A DNA stretch of 62,705 bases, the filler included, from Asterionella formosa (taxonomy: Eukaryota), in the NCBI GenBank assembly GCA_002256025.1. It is 10 parts of 10 records of this genome, joined end to end, with 100 filler letters (N's around TTAATTAATTAA, not from the genome) between each part and the next. Parts side by side here need not be neighbours in the genome. Positions count along the whole stretch, not along the records: positions 37,724 to 43,895 come from NKIB01012797.1; positions 43,996 to 50,167 come from NKIB01012798.1; positions 50,268 to 56,432 come from NKIB01012800.1; 7 more parts are not named here. The stretch is one strand, 5' to 3'. This document shows, piece after piece, positions 39,030-50,824 of the stretch. The first letter of the stretch is position 1. The number at the start of each line of letters is the position of its first letter. A model generated the notes under the pieces. The model searched no databases. It was given only the letters and a program-made list of their open reading frames with translations, and was not told the origin of the DNA. The translations under genes and the position numbers were made by a program.

Positions 39030-40900
39030 AGAATGCGACGCAAGCTTTGCTGGAAAAGATTGTTGGGACACCAAGCTTAGATAAAGTACGTGTGATACAG
39101 CTATGAGATGCAGACCTGAATATGGTTTATGTATAGTTTTTGGACAAAGGGTCATCCATAAAGCATAGGATCATAATACGATATCATCTCTTCAGTGGGT
39201 TCCTAGGCCAAATCGATCATCTACCAAGGTAATACTTATGAAACGTCTAACCAAGGAGGGGATTAAAATATGCAAGAAAGTCGCAGCAATCTTTACATAT
39301 CAATTAAATGTCTTAGTACATTAAAAAAATGGACACAATGATTACTGGTTTTATTTGTCTTTACAGTAAAATGGGACCAGTCTTTTTGTCACCAGCCATA
39401 CCCCCAGAACCCTGGGAACTACATGAAAAGGCAAAGAGAGGTGGAGAATGCAGGGATTGAACACATCACCGCAGAAGGGGTGTGTGCTAACCAGCCACTA
39501 AGCCATTCCCTGAAAGTCGCTGTAATCTTTAATAATGATGGAAAAGCAGCTTTTGATCGGATGGGTGATTCAGTCGGGGCAATTGAAATTGATTCAATGA
39601 GGAAAAACCATGACTTTGAATATATCCGTCTCTAAACTGCTCCGCCAAGAAGTTTAATAGCGTGTCAAGCAAACTGTGCTTCGCCTGGCTATGAAATACC
39701 CATCTACTTCTATTCCTCAACAAGTGCCAACAGATCGACCGATCTTACATGCCTCCATTGCTTACAAGAATGGGTTTCAACAAAATGACCAAAAGGCTGC
39801 TATTTTTTGGCACACCCAACTTAGGGTGGTGCGTCTTTTGGGTTTACTGACACTTTCACGTACCAAGGTATTGCGCAACTACAGCTGTTGATAGGACACA
39901 TACTCAAAAATGACGAGAATACACAAACTATATAGATTCTATTGGAGAAACTTCAATTGACCACGGGTGTTTCCGGCAAACTTTTAAACTTGTTGGAATT
40001 GGACCAGCAATGCGGTACATTGAACCAAGTTGGATAACGTCAGTGTGGACATTTGTGGATCACCTAAAAGCAAAACTCCATATAAAATATTTGTGGAGTT
40101 ACAACCACCCCAAAGTTAAATACTAACTTATACCTCTCCAGAATTTTGTTCCCACATGACTTTTCCAGTCACTGGCCAACCTGCCCATCGTGGATACTCC
40201 ACTACTACTTACTTCCTGTCTCTTAACAGTCCTGCCAGGACTGTTGGCCTTGTTTCTCCTCTATTACTAGTTTCCTGTTCCACAACAGTCCTGTCCATCG
40301 TGGTTACTCCCCTATTAACAAGTTCCGGTCCCACAACAGCAGTCATGTCCATCGTGGTAACTCCACTAATAATAATTTCCTGTATCTCCAACTTGACTGT
40401 TGTCAACTGGTGACAACTCCCAGCTTCTACTTTTATCATTTAACATTTAGCTCACTTCATTCCGAAACATAGAGTCTACAAGCCTTCATTTAAGTTACTA
40501 TTCTTCAATTATCCACAGTTTCCATAACACTTTCAAGTCCCAATGGATGCATGATCAATGTTTGATGGAGGTATTTCAACGCCCACAATATAACATGAAG
40601 CCAAAGTAACTGAAACATAGATTTAATCTACAGGTGATCGCCACCGCAGACATCACAGATGGAGCCGGGGCACTAGTAGTAATTAGCCCACATTACTTCC
40701 AGGGAAGAAGGCGTTTCCCAGATCGGAAGAGCGCATGGGAATGACCCCTACAGGAGCGACCTTCACATTTAGCTTGGCGCTTTTGGAAAAAGCGAATCAA
40801 CCAGTGCTTTTGTGGGTTCCCAAAGATATTTAGACTGCGAACAAAACTCGGTCCATGGATACAGAATGACTCTAACCACCAGGTATGATCTTATTTCATT
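39030..40900 (+). mobile_element. Heavily decayed non-LTR retrotransposon (Ambal-like LINE) RT and post-RT region
   Basis: Fragments LEKIVGTPSLDKVRVIQL*DADLN, IFNNDGKAAFDRM, QGIAQLQLLIGH, WITSVWTFV, LQVIATADITDGAG and WE*PLQERPSHLAWRFWKK appear in the expected order across stops and frameshifts. Confidence 0.7.
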
Positions 40901-41011
40901 CATAATTCCACGATTCGCTTAATTAAACAGACACAGGAAGGCATATGCTTGGCCCATGACCAGGAATACTCATCAAGAGTCTCAACAAGAAAATGAAATG
41001 TAGTAACCTTA

Positions 41012-42000
41012 GTTTGCTGCATTTCAACCCTAGTTTAGAGGTAGGGTTGAAAAAATAATGTTGAGTCAGAGTACTCAAACACACACTTCTGAAGAGTATA
41101 ACATAAATGTATATCGCTAAACGGAGCTTTCACCAATATACACCCTTTCCATATGCTTAGATACAGTCATTGACAAGAGTAGGGGTATAGGTCAACGCTA
41201 TATATGATCGTCAGGAAGACTGGAAATTTCGGGGGAAATCACTTTATTATGCATAGTAAAACAACCGAAGTTCCTTTCTGCAGTTTCTCGCCAGAAGTTA
41301 TATACTGATGCTATTTGAAGGTTACCCATGTATATAAATCGCTTTCAGACCCAGCGAATGATGAGCAAAAATTCGACCAAATCGGCCTTTTCTACGACCG
41401 TCTCCAAAACATCGGAATCAGAACCACTTAGCGCCGAAACGTCATCATCTGATTCAGAGTCTTGTGATGCAATATTTAGTCGTAAAATTTCCAGCACCAA
41501 AAATTCCATTGTAAGTGCCCGCAGTATTTTATATGTACTGATTGGCTATTGCGAAATACTTACCTTACCACTTTGTAATTGTGTGAGGAATTGCAAACCC
41601 ACATCGGCCACATTGGATACACATGTAACATTTCCTTGGGTCTACCGGTAGGCCATTACTATATCTACTACGGGTACCAGTACTTAGATGATCATCATTG
41701 GACATCATATGTGTACCACTCATTGAGTGCACTTTCAAATATTTGCCGAGCCACCGGGTCGTATACAAGAAACAAAATCGTCGATATGTATACATTTAGC
41801 GATGTAAAATGTCTATATTTATATTTAGCAAATTCGAAAAGGAATCTATGTACGTAATTGCAAAATTCCACTGATTTGAATATTTCAAATGGAATCATGT
41901 CATTCAAAAATAGCTCATATAAATTCTTAGTTCCAGGGAATTTCGGCAACCCTATGTAATATTTTAATTTTTGCCTTAGGGTTGACATGCCGCAGCAACC
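41012..42000. mobile_element. Non-autonomous Kolobok-family element (~1 kb)
   Basis: The right ~220 bp is homologous to 46800-47017 and ends GCAGCAACC|TTAA (42001-42004). A degenerate inverted left end TTA-GTTTGCTGCATTTCAACCCTAG lies at 41009-41033. Confidence 0.65.
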
Positions 42001-43995
42001 TTAAAAATACCGGGTATGAATAGAGAGTTGATAAAATGGAGTACTTCAATATGTATTATAGTGCTCGCGAATGTCACGAAATCAGGTATTTTCTTGGTTT
42101 ACCGAAAACCCGGAAACTGCTTGAATTTCATTACAGTACGATAAATCTCGTGTTATCAAAATGACAATGTCGATCGCCGTTCTCTTCCTAGATAATAGTA
42201 ATTCATTATCCCCTTTTTCGGATATGCTCAATCATATCATTGCTTAGAGCGTGAGCTATTGTAATGGCTGGTAGACGACTTGTGTGTCATAGCGAAATCC
42301 ATAATTTTATATATTTAGCGTAATGAATCAAAGGACGAGAAAACTACAAGGGAAATGTATTGGTAATATATAGATTAAAAACAGTTTATATGAAATATAT
42401 ATGGCTTTGCTGTACTTGTACCGGTATAAGTCTAGTCACCCTAGTCACCCTAGTCACCGGCAATGCAATTGTTTCATGATGGCTCATTTTGTTTTTGCTG
42501 GTACCTGGTACCAGGGTACATAGCTAAAGTCGATTCACTTCTCATCAGCATGCTCTCAAGGCATCACGGTATACCGGGCGGTGTATAAATAAATACCTGG
42601 TATGGTCCGGGGTACGGGTACCTGATATGGAGTATGAACAAACCATCATGGTTTATACTAACATTTTGGTATATTGTTAATTGCCTGTTGCATAAAGTCG
42701 CTCACTAGGAGAATTGAAATGGTTCTTGATTAACATGGTGTAATTGATAGCAATACTGCCAGCATCCTCAGCACAATAACAGCATAAGAGACGTATGCAT
42801 AGCTTATAATCCCAGGTGCAAAGAAGATTGGAATTAGAAACTCATTTGGAATGAAGGATCAAACAAGAAAGGCAGACAGGTGCATCTTACCAAAATTGAT
42901 CAAATGCAAACTCAAAAATAGGAGATGAAACTTATGACAACACTTCTCTGGTCTCTAGTGTCTGCATTATCATTGTTGAACTTGTCGCCAGGAGTCGTGT
43001 TGCTTGTTGCCGCCTGTAAGCCCCTGTTTTACTCTTTGTTGCATTCTGTGTCTTTGTCGATAGTCATTGAAGTACTATTCTCAATGCTGCCATTGAATTC
43101 ATTGTTCCTGATTGTGTCTTTTCTTGATTACCACGGCTAAATGCATCATATTTCAGTTCTATGCTGAAAGTTTTGCTTTTGCCACTGCCCCTAATACTCA
43201 ACATTACGACCATTTCAACAGTTTTTACTCCATGACAAGGACACAAACAGGCATGAACACAATATGAGCTCATTATGAAAATTCCAAAATAGAAGACTGC
43301 AAAACAGGCAAGGGAAATTATGATGATGGTTGTTGGTACTATGCTTTGATCTTGTTGGATGGGATCAGAAGTAATAATAAGAAGTATCCTGTGGGTGACA
43401 CCACACTTTTACAGCATGAGTGAAATGGCTGGACATCAAGATGGAAACACAGTGCTGATTTTCTGATGTATAAGAATGACATTATATATTTTTTACATGA
43501 AGCAAATTTGTATATTGTAGTGCATACTGCTGTGGTGGTACAGACTACTAGCTAACACTGGCTGACTGGAAGGCTGCCAATTTGTCTAATCATCACCAAC
43601 ACGTGTCTTCATCATTCCCAACTTTCTCAAAGAATGTATGACTGGGGATGGATGATCAAACAAGAACATCAACATAAAATCTCTTATGATCCTCCTGATA
43701 GAATCACTATTTTTAAATCCAAGTTGTTAGGGTTAGCGTTTGTCACAGAATGCCTTCCAAACAGGCCGTGTGCAGTCCAAAAAGGTCCAAAACGACCATA
43801 ATAGTGCATATTTTGTATAATAATTTTAATTTATTAATTCCGAAAAATGCCTTCAAAACTAATGCGCACCTCTCCCTCCGTCCATCATATACCGGNNNNN
43901 NNNNNNNNNNNNNNNNNNNNNNNNNNNNNNNNNNNNNNNTTAATTAATTAANNNNNNNNNNNNNNNNNNNNNNNNNNNNNNNNNNNNNNNNNNNN

Positions 43996-44524
43996 CGCTC
44001 CACTGGTACCAGTTCGTTTCGTTGCCATCAAACTTGATGAGCCTCATGCTCTCTTCAGACATTTCTGTAGACATGTTAAAACACTTAAGTCCGTTTATAA
44101 ACGTGTTAAAGTATTACCTTTTGTATAGATCTATATCGTTAGACAAAGAAGACTATAGATAGAGACGTTCGTTTCTCTTTCCGTTTCTACATTCTTATTG
44201 TGAGTTTACTAATCTAGTTTAGGTTGTTCTGTTTGAACAAAACAAACAAACTATTCTCCAAATGCTGTTTGCATTTCTAGGAACATACAATCATAGATAG
44301 CCCCATGTCTATCTCACACTTACTGATCATAGGTATTTAACCATGATCATTCATTTCAAACTATCGGTCTTCCGAAATAGCTTATATTGTCCGGCTCATA
44401 ATAGTCGGAGTAACAAAGTATAATGTGTGGTTGATGAGAGCTTGGTACATCAAAGTTGACTCATTCGAATCGTTTGACTCGTTTGACTCCGAGTCCTAAC
44501 TACGTAGATGAGCTCACTTTAACA
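43996..44524 (-). mobile_element. 5' LTR (44524-44104) and gag start (ATG 44074) of a Copia element nested in the Kolobok transposase
   Basis: Same LTR family as 8007-8438. The ORF 30 bp downstream reads MSTEMSEESMRLIKFDGNETNWYQWS, a typical Copia gag N-terminus. The LTR abuts the interrupted transposase at 44525. Confidence 0.85.
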
Positions 44525-46050
44525 TCAGAGCAGTAGTCGTGGCAACCAAACAAGTGGTTGATTGGTGCTTTGGAGGACTCCGTGAATTCGGTTAGAGAGA
44601 GGTTCCGGTTTTTTTTTAATCCATGCTCCATAATATATCTTGAGTCGGAGACAATCTGCTTTGGAAGGTCTCTCTACACAAACTGGGCCATTGGATATCA
44701 GAAAAGCAGGGCGGAGAAGAATGCGGATCCTGTGCAATGGATCGGAAAGAAACCGTGGTTCTGGAATGTGTAGTGGAAGGCATCCTTTGTCGGGTTTTTT
44801 TTACCATTTAATGTCCTTGGCCAATAAAAGTCAGACTGTAGATTTGATAATTCCTTATAGGACCATTTGGAGACAGCTCGAATTGTAGAATCATCATCAC
44901 AGATGATTGTAGAGTAGATAACATTGTATTTAGTAATGGCATCAACCATCATTTCCAAACCCGCATCTGGTTCCATTGCCTTCGAACTTCCAGTTACGTG
45001 ATTCTTGGAGCAAACATGATGTTTGATAGGTTTCTTGTGCCGTATAGCCCTATCGCACACATTACAGACCTTTGACTTTACTCGATAGTCTAGGATCTTT
45101 CTTGTGTAGCCACCAATACAGAATGCATGTCCACTTACGGAGTTGTATTTATTCCCACTGGATCGCTGCTGCCATCCCATATCATAAGTAACGGTGAGTT
45201 GCGGCATATTGAGAACAGACATGCGTTCTGTAACAGGTAGACTATTCCACCACTGGAAATCTCGTCCTTTGTCAGCCCAATCGCTGCGTTCACGCACATT
45301 CAGTGTTTGATATATTTCCTCCCGACAAGGCTCTTCCATAGCAAGAGCAGTGGTTGCCACTTCCGCCTCACCAACTTTCTCTTCTACCGCAGTGAAATTA
45401 CCTTGGGTGGACCAAAATCCAACTGCAAGAGGTAAGTTCATTGCAGAACAAACAATGTCGGCGTCACCAGCTTCGTGACAACCAAGAATAAACTGCTGGT
45501 TGATTGCAAACTGTTTTGCTTCTTTTTTCTTTATCTCACCAAGGTCTTCATCTTCGTTGTTGCAGCTTCTTGCAGATTCGAGTTTAGCAACCTATTTTTG
45601 GCAGGTCAAACATGTTATTTTGACGGCACTTGCCAACCCGTAGGTCTCCGATGACACAACAATCAACAGTTGCATTACTGATTTTTCTAACAAGGCTTGT
45701 TCCAAGAAAGAATCACATTTCTCTTCCATTGTAATGTGGTAGGCACTATTGTTTTGTAGGTAAGTTACAAAGGCACGAACAGTTTGTTTACTATATTCAT
45801 CAACAAATGTACTAACACATGTTCTGCAAAACACATTTTCCTGCAGCAATGTCGACAATGAAGGATAATCGATGACTTGATTCCTGCTTTGCTGAAAAGC
45901 TGGTTGAATGGTAGATGTGATTGTTGCAGGAGGAGGTTTTTTGATTGTAGGACACCACCAATTCTGATTTTCGTCGTTGACTATATTCCGACGTCCATGA
46001 CCACCAACTCCAATTTCTGCTAAAAGACGGCCACCACCGGAGCGCGGCAT
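44525..46050 (-). pseudogene. Kolobok-type DDE transposase (Mutator-like domain), with one stop (45592-45594), two homopolymer frameshifts and an LTR insertion
   Basis: CxxC...GLASAVKITCLTC, FAINQQFIL...MNLP, VTYDMGWQQRS...SGHAFCIGGYTRKILDY..KSKVCNVC...HVCSKNH..GSSKAME, IICDDDS, FLSDPLHR and APINHLFGCHDYC. The ORFs 45592-46050 and 44698-45441 are in the same frame. Confidence 0.85.
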
Positions 46051-46251
46051 GTTGCTTTAGTTGTCTATGTTGTTTGTTTTTATTACTGATGTGTTAAATT
46101 AATAAATTATAAAACAACGTTGACAAAATAATTTAGAAAACAAGAAGAGTACATGCCACCTCACTTCTGGATGATGAGTTTGAAACAACATACGTACTAG
46201 ATGCATTGATGTCAAATATTCTATTGAAGTGAATGAAAATAATAAAATAAG

Positions 46252-46758
46252 CTAATCACTACTAGATTTTGAACATTTAGAAACTGGTTTGAAGCCAGTG
46301 TACTCTTCGTTTCTGTCCTTGCTTTTCAATTGGGATCGAACCCCCTTCAAACAACAGTCAGGAAGTTCCATGCGAACACCTTTTCCCAATGGTCCACAGT
46401 AAACTCTGATTAAAAACTTGTAGAGAAGGTTGCGGGCTCTTGACGCCGTAATCTCTTCATCCTTCAGTTTGCTGAGAATGTTATCATCTTTTAAGAAATT
46501 TTCCACCAACTCTTCGACTTCATCCCATTGGCACTGACATTCAGGGCATCCAAAATCACAGCATTCGCAGAAGATGCGACTCTCACATCCCTCCACATCT
46601 GACTCTACAATCAACCGGTCTTGACATGTTGGACAGGTATCATGACTGTAGTTGAATGGATCATCCCCCTTGTTGTGATGACGATGTGTAATTTCGCTCA
46701 TGGTTGATTGTTGCGTTTTTTTTTTCTTACCAGTATAGTCATCAACGATATTTGCCAT
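46252..46758 (-). CDS. KolX-like protein (P2X7 cytoplasmic-ballast-like Zn-binding domain) of the Kolobok element
   Basis: Cys-rich region CPTC...FCECCDFGCPECQCQW followed by ARNLLYKFLIRVYCGPLGKGVRMELPDCCLKGVRSQL...EEYTGFK. It lies between the transposase and the element terminus. Confidence 0.78.
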   Translation of the reverse strand: MANIVDDYTGKKKKTQQSTMSEITHRHHNKGDDPFNYSHDTCPTCQDRLIVESDVEGCESRIFCECCDFGCPECQCQWDEVEELVENFLKDDNILSKLKDEEITASRARNLLYKFLIRVYCGPLGKGVRMELPDCCLKGVRSQLKSKDRNEEYTGFKPVSKCSKSSSD

Positions 46759-47104
46759 GCTGCCAGCTTGATTCTCTGACACACATATGTTGATCGTATT
46801 ATATGTATATATACATTCAGTGATGGAGAATGTTTACATATATATTTAGCGAATTCGAAAAGGAATCTATGTACGTACGCGCAAATTTCCACTGATTTAA
46901 TAATTTCAAATGGAATCACGTCATTCAAGAATAGCTAATTAAATTCTTAATTCCAGGGAATTTTCGCAACCCTAAGCAATATTTTAATTTTTGCCTAGGG
47001 GTTCAAATGCAGCAACCTTAACACGACGGGAAATTCACATCGCAAGAACACATCAACAAATTTAAAAAATCAATGGAATACATACCGGTACACTTACATT
47101 CATC

Positions 47105-48730
47105 ATGGCCACCGTCGATGACCCATTTTCCGTCTTTGGGGATGCTGATGACAGTGACGAGGATGAACCATCTTGGGTATCCCAGCAAATTATAAAGGAA
47201 GTCAATGAACGCATGCAAGATGATGAGAACGGATCAAGTCGAATCAGCAGTGATCATGACGAGAGCAAGTCAACCACAACAACAACAAGAACAAAGAAAC
47301 AACATACCCTAAATCCATCTCTATGGAGTAGCAATATGTCGCTCTCTTGGAATCCTCCACTTTATTTAGGACCCATGATGGTATTGACACAGTTGGAGCA
47401 ATTTGGTGGAGGCCGCGCCTATGTGTCCAATCGAGATATCCCACCAGGAACGCTACTCATGGTCGAAGAACCACTCCTTACGTGGCCACTAGAACAATTG
47501 GGAAAGCCTCTTGATTTGATTTCGGTGAAACATATACTACTACCATCCATTAGTCAACGACGACAACAATCGCACCATCACTACATTCATGATTTAGAGG
47601 AATTGCATCCCACCAAGGAAACCGTAGATGCAATCACGATGTCCATCACGACGAATACTGCAAATTCGAATGTGCAGGTCGGGTCCATGATGACCATGTT
47701 ACAAGAAATCGAGGAAGAATCTCGAGTTCATGAACTCGTCGAAATGGCGAAGGAGCATGGGATTTGCAATCGAAACCAGACATTGCTATCTGCAACTGAC
47801 ATTTTACGACTGCTCTTGGTACTTCGTTACAATGGGTTAGAATCTGGAATTTACCTACATGTTGCCATGCTCAATCATGCCTGTCAACCCAATTGTGTCA
47901 AGTTTCTTCCAAAGTCCAACACATTTTCAGAAGTTCGTGCGACAAAATACATTCAGGCAGGTGATCCATTAACTATTTCATACCTACCTGACATTAAAAG
48001 TCATGCCACACGACGATATACTTTATGGGACCAACATCGATTTGATATTGGCAAGGACACGAATCTACGTTCAATGGAATTGGTACATGGCAATCTACCC
48101 AAATCAAACATTGAAAGTTTCAATTCAGATGCCATTACTGCAACCATTGAACAACAAATAACTGTACTGGAAGATCAATTCCATAATTTCAACAACAGTG
48201 ATGCTGATCATAATGATGTTGTTTCAGCTAGTGGAATAAGGTCAAACCATTATGAGCATCTCCAAGCCTTGGAACTATTGTGTCATGAGCTGTACATAAA
48301 TGCAAAGTATCAACTCAAGAATGAGAATCATTTACTTTTACTACCATGTTTAAGATTACATTTGGATGTTTGCGATGAGTTACTTCAAAATATTGCCACA
48401 TCAAATCGTTCCTTCCGCATGATGATTTTGATACGATTGATCATTTCGGGTAATGCCTTGCTATCCTTGGAGTTACAATACCATGGAAGGCATCACTTTG
48501 CTTTGGCCAAAACATGTTTGGAACTTTACCAAGCATTGAAGGAACTCTTGTCCAGCCCAGGATCGACAAGGACATTGTTAGAAATGAAAGCACCAGGACT
48601 CTCCACATTTGCAGAATGCAGTGCTCTGGAACAGTATTGCAAACGAGACCATGAACGTATCAAGGCATTGTATCCTTATGATGCCAATGATTATATTGGA
48701 ACTAATCAAGGGGATTGCCAACAAAGTTAA
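47105..48730 (+). CDS. SET-domain protein-lysine methyltransferase (SMYD-like)
   Basis: GGGRAYVSNRDIPPGTLLMVEEP...GIYLHVAMLNHACQPNC...VRATKYIQAGDPLTISY, with a helical C-terminus. Intact 541-aa ORF. Confidence 0.88.
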   Translation: MATVDDPFSVFGDADDSDEDEPSWVSQQIIKEVNERMQDDENGSSRISSDHDESKSTTTTTRTKKQHTLNPSLWSSNMSLSWNPPLYLGPMMVLTQLEQFGGGRAYVSNRDIPPGTLLMVEEPLLTWPLEQLGKPLDLISVKHILLPSISQRRQQSHHHYIHDLEELHPTKETVDAITMSITTNTANSNVQVGSMMTMLQEIEEESRVHELVEMAKEHGICNRNQTLLSATDILRLLLVLRYNGLESGIYLHVAMLNHACQPNCVKFLPKSNTFSEVRATKYIQAGDPLTISYLPDIKSHATRRYTLWDQHRFDIGKDTNLRSMELVHGNLPKSNIESFNSDAITATIEQQITVLEDQFHNFNNSDADHNDVVSASGIRSNHYEHLQALELLCHELYINAKYQLKNENHLLLLPCLRLHLDVCDELLQNIATSNRSFRMMILIRLIISGNALLSLELQYHGRHHFALAKTCLELYQALKELLSSPGSTRTLLEMKAPGLSTFAECSALEQYCKRDHERIKALYPYDANDYIGTNQGDCQQS

Positions 48731-49048
48731 AATAATGCGATTGGAAGTATACGCAACTTGTTGTCCCAATTGGTCAAGTCACCATATAGCAATACTAGAA
48801 TGCCAAGTCAACATCCTCTGCATGTTATTGTTGATGGTCACTCAGCTCATACCTCCTATACTTGTAGGTATAATAGCTAAATGTAATATATTTTTTAATG
48901 TTCGCACTGAATATATACCGGTACATGTACCAATATTTCTGTTAAATATATATACCGGAATATGACGATAAATAAAAATAAATGATGGAACCATGTAGCG
49001 ATGTACCTTTGCTATTATGTACTCCTAGTAGACTATCTGCTATTATTA

Positions 49049-50041
49049 GGGTCGTTCTTATCATTTTTTTTCGTGTATCACGGAATTTGAATTTTTTTGA
49101 AAATGTATCAGCAACGGTAACTCGATTTGAACTGAATTTCATTCATTCCAAAAGTGTCACTGTATCACTAATTTGTGATCACAGTGTATCATGGAGTAAC
49201 AAGGATTGTCAACGGTGACAGGCCAGCTACGAGCATCTAGATATATCTGAGCAGTAATATGCATATGCGTAGCTTAAATAAAAATAACAACCGGAATAAA
49301 AAACAAATATCATATCATCTTACGGAGCCTGTGCGGTACATGCTACTAGCCCCTGGTACCAGGTATTGAGAGACTCGTCAACACATTGACCATGTCGATA
49401 ATCAGCTATTTCTCCATCAAAATGGCAAAGGAGTCGCTGCGCTTTTGCGGTCTAAGATATCATTGTACGAACGATGAAATAGAAAAGGAAATATAGATAT
49501 ATCTTTAAAATTGCATAAGAAATTACGAATCAACAATGTAGAAGAGGAACATTCGTCATTTTATATGATTGCAAACAGAACTATTGATTTGTTATGGCAA
49601 CGACTAAAGCTATGACTGCTAAAACGACTACAATAATACTATTATATGACAAAAGTGCTTGCAAAAAGTGGTGTTAGGTTAGTCTTTGTGTTATAGACGC
49701 CATTAGATCAATCGATTGCACCAGTGGCGTTTTCAAGTTGCGCTGTGTTGCTGATGTTGATTTTCCCATCCACAAAATAGATTATATAGTTGGCGCTGGC
49801 ATGTCTACAGTTATTTTATCAGTGGCAACGGACGTGATACACAGTGATCAACGGCTTGATCAGTGATACAGCATTGGTCAGGGGTCCAAAAACTGTATCA
49901 GTGATACACCCATGATACACCGGTGATCAGACCAAAAAAACCGTTGGTGATACACAAAAAAAAACCAAACCGCCATTTTTGTATCATATTTCGGCGATGA
50001 TACACCAATGACAACAAATAACAGAATGATAAGAACGGCCC
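49049..50041. mobile_element. PIF/Harbinger-type MITE (993 bp)
   Basis: TIRs GGGTCGTTCTTATCATT (49049-49065) / AATGATAAGAACGGCCC (50025-50041), 16/17 match. TTA TSD at 49046-49048 and 50042-50044, plus many subterminal GTATCA/TGATAC motifs. Confidence 0.88.
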
Positions 50042-50824
50042 TTATGATAGTATTGACTCCTAAACAACGAATAGAAAGCAACTCCCAAAAACAAGTTCTG
50101 TCTAGACAATGAGTAACGAAAAAGGTCATTCTTGATTACATGTGCTGCTGTAAATTTTTGAGTTCATNNNNNNNNNNNNNNNNNNNNNNNNNNNNNNNNN
50201 NNNNNNNNNNNTTAATTAATTAANNNNNNNNNNNNNNNNNNNNNNNNNNNNNNNNNNNNNNNNNNNNTGGGTAGCTGCTGCTACTATGGTGGTTTAGTAC
50301 CCTAAATGGATGACATTTTCTGGGGTAGTATTGATGCCATGGTGCACTTCCTTTGGCTTCTAAGTTTCCTTCTGTAGTCAGCGCTGCTCAGACCAATCTT
50401 TTGTTATCTCCAATTGGCCTCACATGTCAGCGGTTTTGGCACAACAATTGTGCACTTTTCAATCATTGCCAGAGGAAGTATCTACTGGTACCAGCAGTGT
50501 ACCATAAGGTAGCCTGAAAGCTATCGTCATCAGGTGTGATGGTGAAGATTACATAGAAATGCTCCGGTGCTGACGTCCCATTCATTACCGGTATTCAAAA
50601 CAAAGTACACCTGGTAGGTATCATATGAAGCAGCACATCCGGGGTCATCATAGTGCATCATTCGATTGCTTTTGCTGTTGTTGTCCTTTTCAATTAAATC
50701 TTATCATTCCATGCATTGTCGTTTATTTCCGTTTCACTTTGCATTCGGTGTACATACATCCCGGTAAACGCTCATCAGGGAGCATCCAACAGCACAAGCA
50801 TACCAGTAGATAGTTCAATTGACC

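Larger units (their letters stand above)
44525..47017 (-). mobile_element. Kolobok DNA transposon (terminus at 47017 flanked by TTAA 47018-47021)
   Basis: The minus-strand terminus reads TTAA|GGTTGCTGC (RR start plus TTAA target, as expected for Kolobok). The same terminus occurs at 42000 on another scaffold. It encodes KolX and a transposase. Confidence 0.82.

Noticed and set aside
43872..43883. CTCCCTCCGTCC, resembling a plant Stowaway TIR
   Set aside because: There is no TA target or partner TIR visible before the scaffold ends.
45592..45594. In-frame TAGs (also 57393) as evidence for a variant genetic code or programmed readthrough
   Set aside because: Both lie in TE genes that also carry frameshifts, and intact host genes use TAG as a normal stop.
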